From NCBI GenBank assembly GCA_050084985.1, contig JBITNC010000001.1, positions 148,986,001-149,050,000 of the forward strand: a DNA stretch of 64,000 nt. The letters are read 5' to 3'. Below, piece after piece: positions 52,280 to 64,000 of the stretch. The stretch is from Nageia nagi. Taxonomy: Eukaryota; Plantae; Pinophyta. The stretch's first letter is position 1. Each line of letters opens with the position of its first letter. A program made the translations under genes and the position numbers. The notes below the pieces were generated by a model. That model saw only the letters and a list, made by a program, of their open reading frames with translations, was not told the DNA's origin and searched no databases.

Positions 52280-55200
52280 TGAGGTGAGGGTAGAGCTCCC
52301 TCACCTAATCAACTGCATACCACTTAGCCTTGTGTGGATGTTGGCCCTTCACTCCAATATGCCACACCTCATGTATGCCACTACGAGATGATCATTGCTT
52401 CTTTTCCAATACATAATAACCTCGTAATAGGTGCAACACTATCCTGTTTACCACCTCTATTTGACCATCTATCTATGGATGAAATGTTGTACTCCTCTTT
52501 AGCTTAGTGTCCATCCTTTCCCACAAAGAAGTACAAAATTTTCCAAGAAACTTGGAATCCCTGTCAGAAATGATAGAAGTAGAAAGATCAAAATGTACCC
52601 ACACATAAGTAAAGAAAAGATTAGTTGCCTCTTGACCTGTCATAGTCTTTTTACATGGGATTAGAATATACATCTTACTGAATCTATTCACAACCACATA
52701 TAAATAATCATGACCTCTTTTATACATAGGTAAACCTCCAATAAAATCCATAGAAATACTCTCCCATGGTCATGTAGGAACGGGCAATGGCATATAAAGA
52801 CCAAATTTCCTATTATTGGGTTTGCTTACACTGCATAACATACAACCTCTGACATATCTGGATACATTTTCTTGCATTTTAGGCTAGTAACAATACCTTT
52901 GTAGATTAGCAAGAGTTTTCCCAACACCAAAGTACCCTTAAATATGAGAAGTATGAGCTTCCCTAATCAAATCATTCCTCTCACCATTAGGAATACAAAG
53001 TTTGCCCAAATGAAAAAGTAATCCATCATGCAAATGAAAGTCATAATTTCCAACCTCATTACCAAGACTCAATCTATGATAGACATTTTGGAAATCAAGA
53101 TCAACCATATATTATTCTTTATACCCATCATGCATTAAATAACTATTTTGCAGAATCACAACACTGTCAACTATTCGAGGCCTAGATAACATATCAGCAA
53201 TTTTATTTTGAGTAACCTTCTTGTACTTAATCACCAAATGAAATTGTTGCAAAAATCCCATCCAACGAAAGTCCTAGATTGTTGCAACTTAGATTGTGAC
53301 TGAAGATATTGCAAGGGTTGATGGTCTGTATGAATTATTATCTCTTTACCTACCAAATAGTGCTTCCATTTCTTAACACTTTGAACTAATGCATACAACT
53401 CTTTGTCATATGTGGGATATTTTCTTACCACATTGGTAAACATTTTCAAGTGATAGCAAATCGGATGTTTTTCCTGTAATAAAATTGCACCCATAACATA
53501 GTCACTTGCATCAATTTCAATTTCAAAAGTTTTCTGAAGATTAGGCAAAGCAAGTACTGGAGCATTACTGATTTTGTTTTTAAACAATTCAAAAGCATAT
53601 TGTTCTTTCCCTCCCCACTGAAATTCATGATTCTTTCCTATAATTGCATGAAGTGGAGAAGCCATGTAAGAAAAGTTAGCAATAAACTTGCATAAATACT
53701 GTACTACCCCAAGAAAACTCCTAGTCTCTATCACATTAGTGGGAGTAGACCATTTCAACACAGCCTCAATTTTTGCAGGATCTATCCTCAATTGACCTTC
53801 ACCAACAATGTGGCCAAGATAGGTTAAACTTTTCCTGACAAACTCACACTTAGACATCTTCAAATAGAGTTTTGCTTCCCTTAAAACTTTAAACACTTTA
53901 CGAATATGTACCACATGATTTTTTCAATTATCACTGTAAATGAGAATATCATCAAGATACACAATAACAAAATCATCAATGAAAGGCCTTAAAATCTCAT
54001 TCATTACATGCATGAAAGTAGCAGGAGCATTGCATAATCCAAATGATAAAACCAACCATTCAAACAATCCTTGCCTAGTTTTAAAAGTAGTTTTCCACAC
54101 ATCCTCTTCTTTCACTCATACTTGATGATAACCACTTCTTAGATCCAATTTTGTAAAAAGCCTAGCTTTTTGTAATTGATCCATTAAATCATCAATACAT
54201 GGCAAAGAATATCAATTTTTAACCGTGATCTTATTTAGTGCCCTATAATCAACACACATATGCCAAGTTCCATCTTTCTTTGGAATTATAACAATAGGAG
54301 ATCCACATGGTGATGTGCTAGGTCTAATGACTCCTTGATCTAACAATTCCTTGACTTGTTTCTTAATTTCTTCAATTTTCAAAGAAGAATTTTTATATAA
54401 GCCAATATTAGGGAGTGCAACATTAGGATGTAATTGAATCTCATGTTGTATATCTCTTTTTGGTGGAAGTTCTTTAGGTACTGGAAATAAATCTTCAAAT
54501 TCAGAAATTACCTCTTTTACTTCTTCTTTGTATTGTGGTTCACAATCCTTAAGTGCCTTTATGATTTCTATTTCATCTTGAGATTTCACCATTGCAAGTA
54601 TAAACATTTGTCCTGTATTGATTAGTCTCTTTGCTTGTCCTGTAGTAATCAAAGAAATATCCTTTTTCTTGTTTTGATGAGCACTAACCATGTATTCAAT
54701 TCCATCTTTAATGAGTCTATATTTGTTTTTCTTTCTATAAAATAAAGCATCTCTTTCCCATAGATAAGGACTACCAAGCACAATCCCACAAATATCCAAA
54801 GGAACAACATCAAGTAAAACTTCATCAATGTACTCCCTATTAATCCCAAATTGCAACTTGCATTGTTGTGTTACCTTTAACTTTGAATTTTTATTAACCC
54901 ATCCCAATGGATATGGGTTTGGATGAGGTTGAGTAGTGAGTGCAAGTGATTTGACATACTTTTCTGCAATTAAGTTAGCTTAAGATCTAGAATCAAACAA
55001 TGTATCACTCCTAGTCTTCTTAGCTTGCACCTTGACATGAAAAAGTTCAATTTTCTTCTTTTCCTCATCTTCATTAGGTGTATTATGCAAAACCATACAT
55101 GCCATTTTATTATCTACATCTGAACCATCTTCAATTTCCTTAGTAATAGTATTTGTTTGTTTCTTTTGACCTTTATGTTTAGGGCATAATTCAGGATGCA

Positions 55201-56225
55201 ATTTCCAACATTTAGCCTCTAAATGACCTTCTTTTTGACAATGCATACATACATCTTTAGACTTCTCTTTTTGTGTAGTAGACATAGTTTTCTTTTTCCC
55301 CTTTCCTTTATTCCTTTCAGAATCATTATTACTATTGTTATTGGAAGCATTTTTCTTTTTCCCATCGTTAATGAATTTTCCCCTTTCTTCTAAGTAAGTG
55401 GCTTGTACACAAACTTTATCCAAATCATTTGGATCAAACATCAATATTGTATGCCTTAAATAATTATGCAAACCACCAATATACTTAAGAAGAGTATCTT
55501 GGGAATCAAGAAGAATACCTAGCATTGTAGCTTTTCTTCGGAATTCCATAGTGTACTCTTGCACACTTTGCCGTTTACCTTGATGGAAAGTTTGCCATTC
55601 CATGATTTCCTTTTATCGATAACCCAAAGGATAAAATTGATTTCTAAGCAATTGTACAAAATGGGTCCAAGAAGCAATACAAGCTTGAATTGATTCATTC
55701 TTACTTTGCAAACAACTTTCCCACCAAACAAGTGCATTACCACTCATTTTAAGAGTTGCTAATTGGATTTTATCCTCATCTCTTACAATTCTTTGAATTC
55801 TACAATATACTTCAATTTGTTTAATCCAATGGTCTAACTTCTCAACATTCACTTCTCCAATAAAAGTAGGCAAATCAAATTTAACTTCCAATTTCAAAGG
55901 AGAACTTTGAAAAACACTATGTGTTACATCATTGTCAATTTTATTACATTCACTAGTTTCACCTTCATTTTTCTTATATTGTTGTTCTTGAAAATGTTGG
56001 AATTGTAGAGACATCTTCTGGAACATTGTGGAGAGATTAGCAATTTGCTTTTGAGATTAGCAATTTGCTTTTGAGATCAGCAATTTGCTTTTCCACATTA
56101 GACCCTCCTTCATTGGCCATGGCTCCAAGCTCTCTTTGCTTCTTTATCCAAACTCTAGAACCAATTTCTGGATCCTCCTCCACAAATTCTCCTTCTCCTT
56201 TCTTTCTTTGTGACCTGGTATACAT
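52280..56225 (-). pseudogene. gag-pol of nested chromovirus (originally one frame; now stops, frameshifts and an integrase deletion)
   Basis: gag LEVKFDLPTF, zinc knuckle CMHCQKEGHLEAKC, PR LFDSRS*ANLI, RT MCVDYRALN / [17 protein letters not shown] / YDKELYA / TDHQPL, INT SMDFIGGLP / SDRDSKF. The ORFs from 56026 to 53231 are in one frame, separated by point stops. Confidence 0.93.
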
Positions 56226-56306
56226 GCAAGAACACTTTCCAAACACCAACAACAATCTCAAAAATATAGGTTATCCCAATGATTTCAACTGCTCTGATAC
56301 TAAACT

Positions 56307-57479
56307 TGATTTATAAACTATAAGATTAAAATTTCAATTTAACCTTTTCTCAGGATCAATTCACACTTAAAATAATTAAGTGCTTGTAAAGGAAAATCAG
56401 GAAACAAATTGTAAACACAGAGAAGAGAAAAGCATTCACCATAGAAAGAGACAAGCAAAATTATCCTAGTTCACCTAGTGTGGGCTACATCCAACTCAAA
56501 AGCTCTCTACTATCAATGGGTGGAATCACTTTACAAGGCCTCCATGGTACTTCAAAACCTCCTCTCACATTCACAACACACTAACAGCTCTGAAAATCAT
56601 AACAAGAACTGAAAACAACTTCCTGAAATCCTTCTTTTTTTTCACATCCAATTTGCTCCCCTTTTATACAATTTTTGGGGGCTAAAATTAGAGAGTATTA
56701 CAACTAGAAAGTTCCATAAAAAACCTATTTTCAAATACCCATTAACTTCCTTGATCTTCCTATCAAATTTGGGCTCAAATGGTTGTAAAAATCTCCCAAA
56801 AATGAGCTCTAAAATCAAAATAGTACGCTCTCTGGACTGTTTCAGGCTGACAAAATTAACTCAGCCTAATAATAGGACCTTAGGTGAATCAAAAATCACC
56901 AAAAACCTTTGAAAATGCCAAAAAATACATTAAAAAACTTAACATTAGGTGAGTGCACTGTGGTGGTGACACATGGTGCTTGTTGGGTAGAAGTCAACCT
57001 GGTTGATTGGCGAACTTGACTGGTGATCAAGTGGTTGCTTTGTGGCAGGTCATGGTTTTGGTTAGTGTAGGCTATCCATGCAGGTGGCTTGGCTAGGTTG
57101 GCGATCATGCATGGGTAGACGGGCTAGCAGTTCGTGGTCAATCAGGCTATTAACCAGGGCGATCAAATGTTCACGCAAGCCTCCATGTGGTCCGATGGTG
57201 GCACAGGCACCCTATCATGCCTCCTCCTCCTATGTGGTCTCCATGGTGGCGGGCAGGTCCTGCTAATATATATATATATATTATATATATATTTTTTTTT
57301 TTTTTTTTTTTCTAATTTTTTTTTTTCAAAATAATCAAACTGAATTAATACCATATCTTCCACATATGGACTCAGATTCACGATCTGAAAGAAGCGTCAG
57401 AAAGTTGATGACAAGATGATCATAATGAACACACTAAAATGGAGATTACTGAATGTTTAAGGGATCAAAATTTTTGATA
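56307..57479 (-). repeat. 5' LTR of nested chromovirus
   Basis: Aligns with 51034-52225; adjacent to the PBS. Confidence 0.95.
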
Positions 57480-58429
57480 TCCACATCCATCCATGGAAAT
57501 GAATGACCATCCTATCATTGAGTGCCTTCACCCAATCAATTCCATTTATCTTCATCATGTCTAGTATGTGATTCATCATAGGAAGATGAGCCCCCTTCCT
57601 CTTCAGTTAGTCCTAATACTCCTAACCAACATATTTTCAACCTTATTATGTCACCATCATTTGATTTCCCCAAGTATTAATATCTTATAAAGGGGGAGTA
57701 TCATATAAATGATATGCCTTTTCATATTCCCTTCATAAAATATTTAGGGAGACCTTCAAAATCTCAACATGCTCCTAGCTCTCTCATCTCACTAGGCTCA
57801 CATTTGAACCAATCTTTCTTCATTTATTTAGGTGTGGATTCATCTTAAGACATTCCCATCAAGAATTATCTCAAGGAGAAATTTTTAGCCTAAATATAAT
57901 ATCTTTCATGTCTTGAACTAGTGTGTAAACTCTTTGTTAAATGGAAATGGTAAGGATATGGCCTAGGTAAATACAAGTAGGGACAAGTTCATATTTTTTC
58001 TATTCCATTTGAATCTAACTAAGATAAATGTGGTCTAGGGTATCATGGACCTAAATTTAAACCTCTAGAATAATAATTTGTTGATTGTAACCTTTCAAAA
58101 GAGGAGATGGCACATGATAATGAGCATGACATTCATTTGTATTTTGGTCTATCTAATCCTCATGTTTCATGTACCCTATCCTTGGATGTTTTGATGGTTT
58201 TTATTGATGCTCCATCATCTTTTTTACCTCTTTTGGATTGTAACTCATAATTATATCAATCCTTTATCTATGAATATTTCTTACCCTTTGCTAGTTTTTC
58301 TTTTATCTTGGGTGATGCATCTTTTTCTGCTGATTGCTTTGATGAAGTCAACTCCTCTAGTCTAGTTTCTTTCATCAATAGTATGGATAAGGATGATTAT
58401 ACATACCTTTTGATCTTCAAGTAATTAGA

Positions 58430-61400
58430 GGATGGATCCCAATGAATTTAGATAAATATCAGTTAAGATCCTGCATACCCCAAGATAGTCTATATAGGGA
58501 ACATCTTAGGTGCTTCAAAAAGAGAAAAAGCCATAGAGATATTAAATAAGTATGCTAAGGTATTTACTTATGGTTATAAGGACATGTTGAGTATGGATCC
58601 TAATGTTGTAATCCATAATATTGTTACTGAGCTAGATGCTAAGCCTATCAAGCAAAAACCTATGAGGGTTGATCTTGCAAAGTTGATTCAGATTAAAGAG
58701 AAGATTCAAAAATTGTTAGCTACCAAGTTCATCCATTCTATTTATTATCCTCAATGGATGTCTAACATGGTCTATGTCGGTAAGCCTAAAGGTCATCTTA
58801 GATTTTGCACATATTTTAGGGATCTTAATGCAGCTTATCCTAAAGATGAATTTCCACTACCTAACATAGACACTCTGGTTGATAACACAATATGATATGA
58901 GATGTTATCCCTCATGGATGGCTTCTTAGGCTATAATTAGATTTGGGTTACCCTAGGGGATCAACATAAAATTGCATTCACTACATATTAGGGGACTTAT
59001 TATTACAAATTCATGCCCTTTGGACTCAAAAATATTGGTAACATATATCAATGAGCCATGACCTATGTTTTCCATGACATGATGCATAACATCATGGAGG
59101 ATTATGTGGATGACTTGTTAGCCAAATCCAAAACTAGAGACTAGTATTGGGAAGTATTAGAGAAGGTGTTTCAGAGGTTACTCAAACATAATGTTAGATT
59201 GAATCCTCAAAAATGTGTTTTTGGGATCACATTGGGCAAGTTATTAGGATTCATTATTTCCAAACCAAGCATAGTATTTGACCCTAAGAAAGTGACAGCT
59301 ATCACTAGTATGCCTTTGCCTCATGATATTAATACTTTAAGGAGTCTTCAAGGAAAAATTCAGGCTATCAAAAGGTTTATAGCTCATTTATCCAAAAAGT
59401 GTTGATTATTTAATGAGATCCTTAAGAAGGGGGTGAAATTTGATTGGAATGAGGGTTTTCAAAATTCTTTTGATGACATTAAGCAATACTTTCTCAATCC
59501 TCTAGTACTCATTCCTCATAAAGTTGTTGTCCCTTTGCATCTATACCTTTCAACTATTGAATTCGCACTAGGATTCATGTTAATGTAGAAGAACAACCAA
59601 GAAAAAGAGCAAGTTATCTATTATATTAGTCATACACTTGTTAATTATAAGCTTAGGTATGTCTACATTGAGAAAGTCTACCTTGCACTTCTCTTTAATA
59701 CCAAGAAATTGAGACATTAGATGCTTAATCATACTACCTATGTGACCTCTAAGGTTGATCCATTGAAATACATGATGAGAAAGTCATATCATAATACACA
59801 CACTACTAAATGGATCATATTTTTATTAGAGTTTGACCTAATCTTTATTAGTTAGAATTCTATCAAGGGTTAGGTCATAGCAGATCAACCAGCAAAGGCA
59901 CCTATTTAGGAAACTACTCTTTTTGAGATCACCCTCCTTGACAAGGTTGTATTTAAGATAAATGAGATGAAGGAGGTAGTTGACACTCAAGGAGAATATT
60001 ATATGATTATGTATTTTTATGGGTCAAAGTGTGAGCAAGGGGTAGGGTCCAAAGTTTTTTTATTCACTCCCTAGGGTGTCTCCATGCTATATTATTTTAA
60101 ACTAGACTTTCTATGCACTAATAATAATGCAAAGTATGTAGCACTTATCTTGGGTCTTAAAGCATTCCTAGATCTAAAAATCAAGGGAATGATTATCTAT
60201 GATGATTCTTAGTTGATTTTTAATCAAATATTGGGCACTTATCAATATCATAATGAGATTTTGAAGATGTATAGAGATGTGGCATTAAACTTACTAAAGT
60301 TGTTTAAAGCCTACAAGATTGAGATGGCCCCTAGATCATACAATCGATTTGCAGATAATATGGGCTCCTGAGGGTCCCTCATTCTCCCTAATCCTCATAT
60401 GCACATTTAGCATGTTGAGATAGTTACCTTGAAAGAATCTAATTTAAATCACCATTACCTTAGGATCTCTCTTCAATTTCAATCAATGAGATCACTATCA
60501 AACATCATGACTTATGGTATAAGCAATTGCATGAGTATGTAAAGTGGAATGCCACACCTCATAACTTATCAATCAATGAAAAATGAAGATTTAAGAAAAA
60601 ATAATCCCATTATGCTATATTAGGAGGTGTGGTATATAAGCAATCATATGACTAATTCCTACTTTATTTAGAGCTATGTGACCAGCAGATTTCTATACAA
60701 ACTTGTCATGATGGCATATGTGGTGGGAACTTTAATGAAACTATCATCACCAAGTGTATTCTTAGGATGGAATATTATTGGCCTACCATGGAATGAGACT
60801 ATCAAGAATATGTTAAGAAGTGTGTTAAGTGTCAGTAACATTCTAATTTGCAACACCTTCCTGAGCAGGCACTTAGCCCTATTCAATCTTTATGGCCTTT
60901 TGCATAATGGGGTTTTGATCTTATAGCATATTTTGTGCCACCTCCTTTAGGTGGACATAAGTTCATTATCACTATGAAAGAGTATTTCACCAAGTGGGTC
61001 GAGGTTGAGCCACTTATGCCTACCATTGGTCCTAAGATTACCAACTTTATTGACACCCATATCATTTTTTGATTTGGCATTCCTCATAAGATCATATTAG
61101 ATAATAAACCACCTTTAAAGAATCACCATGTGAGAGCATGTGCAATGGGTACAACATTCAACATTCCTTCTCTACATCATATTATCCTTAGGATAATGGT
61201 CAGGCAAAAGCATTTAACAAAACCATTATCATAATCCTAAAAAACATGGTTAATAACAATCATAGAAAATGGCATGAGTGTCTCCCATAGGCTTTATGGG
61301 CCTACCACACCAGTATTAAGACACCTATAGGGGCTACCCCTTTCTTGTTAGTCTATGGTGTAGAAGTAGTCATGCCACTTGAGTTAGAAATCATGTCTCT

Positions 61401-61770
61401 AAGAGTTTAATCATAAGGCCTCATTCCAGATGAGGAGGCTAGGTAGGCTCAGTTAGATCAGCTTACCCTTCTTGATGAGAGACACATCAATACCATCCAA
61501 CATAATAAAATATATCAAGAACGGTTGAAGCAGGTATACAAAAAAAAAGTTTAGACCTAGAGAGTTTGAAATTGATGACTTGGTACTTAAAGAAAATTAG
61601 TGGTAGTCCCATCTTGAGAGGCCTCTTCATGATAATTTTGCACCGAATTGATTAGGGCCTTATATTTTCAATAAAAAATTTGGTATAGGAGCATATTATT
61701 TGGTAGATCTATAAGGATGGAAAGAGTTGGATTCTATCAACATTATCCATCTTCGTCCATTCTATGCTTA
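58430..61770 (+). pseudogene. RT-RNaseH-aRNaseH-integrase of the Tat/Ogre element
   Basis: ORF fragments 58584-58895 and 59166-59405; integrase motifs CH/C..C, GFDL, YFTKWVEV, YYP*DNGQAKAFNK, TPFLLVYG, LGPY. Many in-frame stops. Confidence 0.9.
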
Positions 61771-64000
61771 TTTTACCTTACCTTTATTATCTTTTGTGTA
61801 TGTTTATGTCTTTGGTTTTTCAACTTAGTTCATTTATGCTTGCATCTCATCTTGTCAACTTTATTTTATTTTACACAGCATGTCATCTTGTTCTAGTCAC
61901 TCATTTATCCTACACTAAGTATCAAGGGGTGTCTTCTGTGTAATCATTTCCTTAGGCTTATGTGTATGTACCAATTCTTTTGTGTTATCACTTTTATTTC
62001 CTTTATGTTCATTTCATCAAGATTTTATACTTAGTTGGTTCTCCACTTTTTAGTGTCATCCTACCTTTTTTGGGTGTATAGAGGCCACTAGTCACTCATC
62101 TCTCTATCATGTATCAGTCCTTATATCATTGTGTCTTTTCTATCTTTTGTCATCATCTTGCATTGGTCATGTTATTTCCTCACTCTTAGTCCTCATTTGA
62201 GTTAGGGTTGTTGGATATTATATTCATTTCATAATGAAGAAAGTACATTCTTGGACATGAGTGGAAATCAGCCATAAAATAGCTCAGTTGGACCAAGTTG
62301 TTTATTTTGTTGGTGTTTAATTTTATTTGCACTTGCAACTTTGTTCTTACTTATCTTGTTTATTTTTTCATATCCTTTGTATTCTCATCATGCAAATACC
62401 CCATTCCCAACATTTTCACATGTCCATTTATATCACTTTTCAGCATACATGATTCATAGATTTTTTATGATGATACAACCACTTAGGTCTTAGTCACATA
62501 TCGGGTTTCCTGAAAATCATTCCATTGGATTTATCATAGGCTGCATAATATCATGGTTTTCGAGGGAAATACCATTATAACCTATCATGATTTGTGACAT
62601 CAATGGAATTATGTCAATTCATGGATGTGGGAATATCTTTTCCTTATTTGACCTTTGTTTATCTATTTTATGGTCATTTGGATGTCATATTCATGGTCAT
62701 TTATGCTTTCATTGCATGTTGTCTGCTTTCATTGGGTTGTCTTTTGTCATGTTGTCAAAATTGGATTTAATTTTCCTTTCATAAATTGATTTAACCTTGA
62801 TGATTTGATGAATGGTCTATTTCATTTGCTTCATCTTTGTATTGGTATTGCTAGAAAGTTAGTTTCATCTATTTTTGATGATATGTAGCCTATTTGTTTC
62901 AAGTTCGAAGTTGGCCCTTTGAGCATGTGTGCACGGTCACCCTAGTATATCGACCTATGTCACCATGTAGTCCTAACTTGAAAATTATCCATATTGTATC
63001 CCATTAGGTCTTATCATATCATGTTGTATCATTTCAAGTTATTTCATAACCATTTCATCACTCGTTTTGGTTCAAGGACAAAGGTCCTAAAATTTGATCC
63101 TTGTAAAAATTGGCTATTTGATTTATCATTTTGGTGCATCAAAAGATGTCTATTTTCATATTCATATTTTTCTAGTCTTTTGTTGATATAAATGCAATTT
63201 TTATGTCAAGTTTCAAGTCCATGGTTCATCATTCAATGTCTTTTCGAAAGCCAAGTCTTGGGCTACTTAGAATGACACCTTTTTAGTGACCACTAAACGA
63301 TGTCATACCTTAGTAAGTTACCTTTAATTTGGGCTTTGTAAATGAGCCAAACAACCTTCATTTTTCAAGCTATTTGATCCTATGCTTAGATCATACAAAT
63401 GTCTATCATATTGTTAAGGTAGTTCATCAAATCATCAACATGGTTGATTGTTATTGTCCTTCAAAATTTGTAATTTTTCACCTTTTCAAAATTGTTATTT
63501 TCACTTTGTTTCTATTTTGGTCCAATTCAGTTTCATTTTGGTAGTGTCCTCACTTGGTCTATGATTGTGTTTATCATGATCAACATAAATTGAGTATTTC
63601 AAGGGGGTCTTTATGACATATTCCTGCATCATTTTACACACCATCATGGTAAAAATTTGATAGCATTCTGGTAACATTTCGACTTACTTTTTATACTTTT
63701 TCTATGTTTCTTGACATTGTAGTTTGGTCATTTTTTATATTTTGTTATATTTTTATTTTTTTTCATAAATTTTTTATTATCTTTTTAGTCCATTTTATCT
63801 CTCTCTAGGCATTATTTTTGTCATGTTTATTTGTTATTATATTTGTCGATTTTATTATTTTTCATTCATTGTGATTGTTTATCATTCTAGTATTTGTTAT
63901 TATTCATACTTATATCTTTGGTGCTTGTTTATTCATGTTTATCATTTGTGTTCGTCATTTTATGTTCGTTTCTTTTATGTGTTTAAGCATACATGGTCAT

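Larger units (their letters stand above)
51034..57479 (-). mobile_element. Chromovirus-branch Ty3/gypsy retrotransposon (CRM-like RT), two LTRs, nested in the Tat/Ogre element
   Basis: LTRs at 56307-57479 (5') and 51034-52225 (3'), termini TGATCC...GGATCA. tRNA-Met PBS (plus strand GCTCTGATACTA, 56291-56302). PPT next to 52226. Decayed 5-bp TSD TCTGC/TCCAC. Order gag-PR-RT-RH-INT. Confidence 0.96.
44495..64000 (+). mobile_element. Tat clade (Ogre/Retand-type) Ty3/gypsy LTR retrotransposon, decayed; 3' LTR not seen in window
   Basis: 5' LTR, then long leader, MVKTRGQ plus a Pro/His-rich region, gag (KIDKFKGKEDPKEHL), PR (RILVENGSVINII), G-patch, RT (YPQWMSNMV, DLNAAYPKDEFPLPNID, DYVDDLL), RH, second RNase H (MYFYGSK...TNNNAKYVALILGL) and integrase (to ~61770). 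Order RT-RH-aRH-INT. Confidence 0.9.

Overview
AT-rich, transposon-dense eukaryotic genomic DNA. It is most likely a gymnosperm/conifer; this is inferred from the PPR-DYW relics, the Tat/Ogre and chromovirus LTR elements, the very long TE-filled introns and the presence of a DNA-PKcs gene. The one intact gene is the 3' end of DNA-PKcs (PRKDC, + strand): a 156-bp exon (13858-14013) spliced across a 5.2-kb intron to a 2.56-kb terminal exon (19170-21731) encoding the end of FAT, the kinase domain and FATC. That intron contains a complete but decayed hAT transposon with an 8-bp TSD. No upstream exon is recognisable in 1-13857, which is probably one long intron. The rest of the window is layered TE debris: hAT MITEs, two RTE/RTE-X-like LINE copies, an L1, degraded LTR elements and out-of-order PPR E and DYW fragments. 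From 44495 to the window end lies a large Tat/Ogre-type Ty3 element (G-patch, extra RNase H), with a younger 6.4-kb two-LTR chromovirus nested in it. I found no convincing wholly new system. The best leads are the plant DNA-PKcs with altered hinge and activation-loop residues and the shuffled PPR-DYW fragments. All alignments and counts were done by eye.
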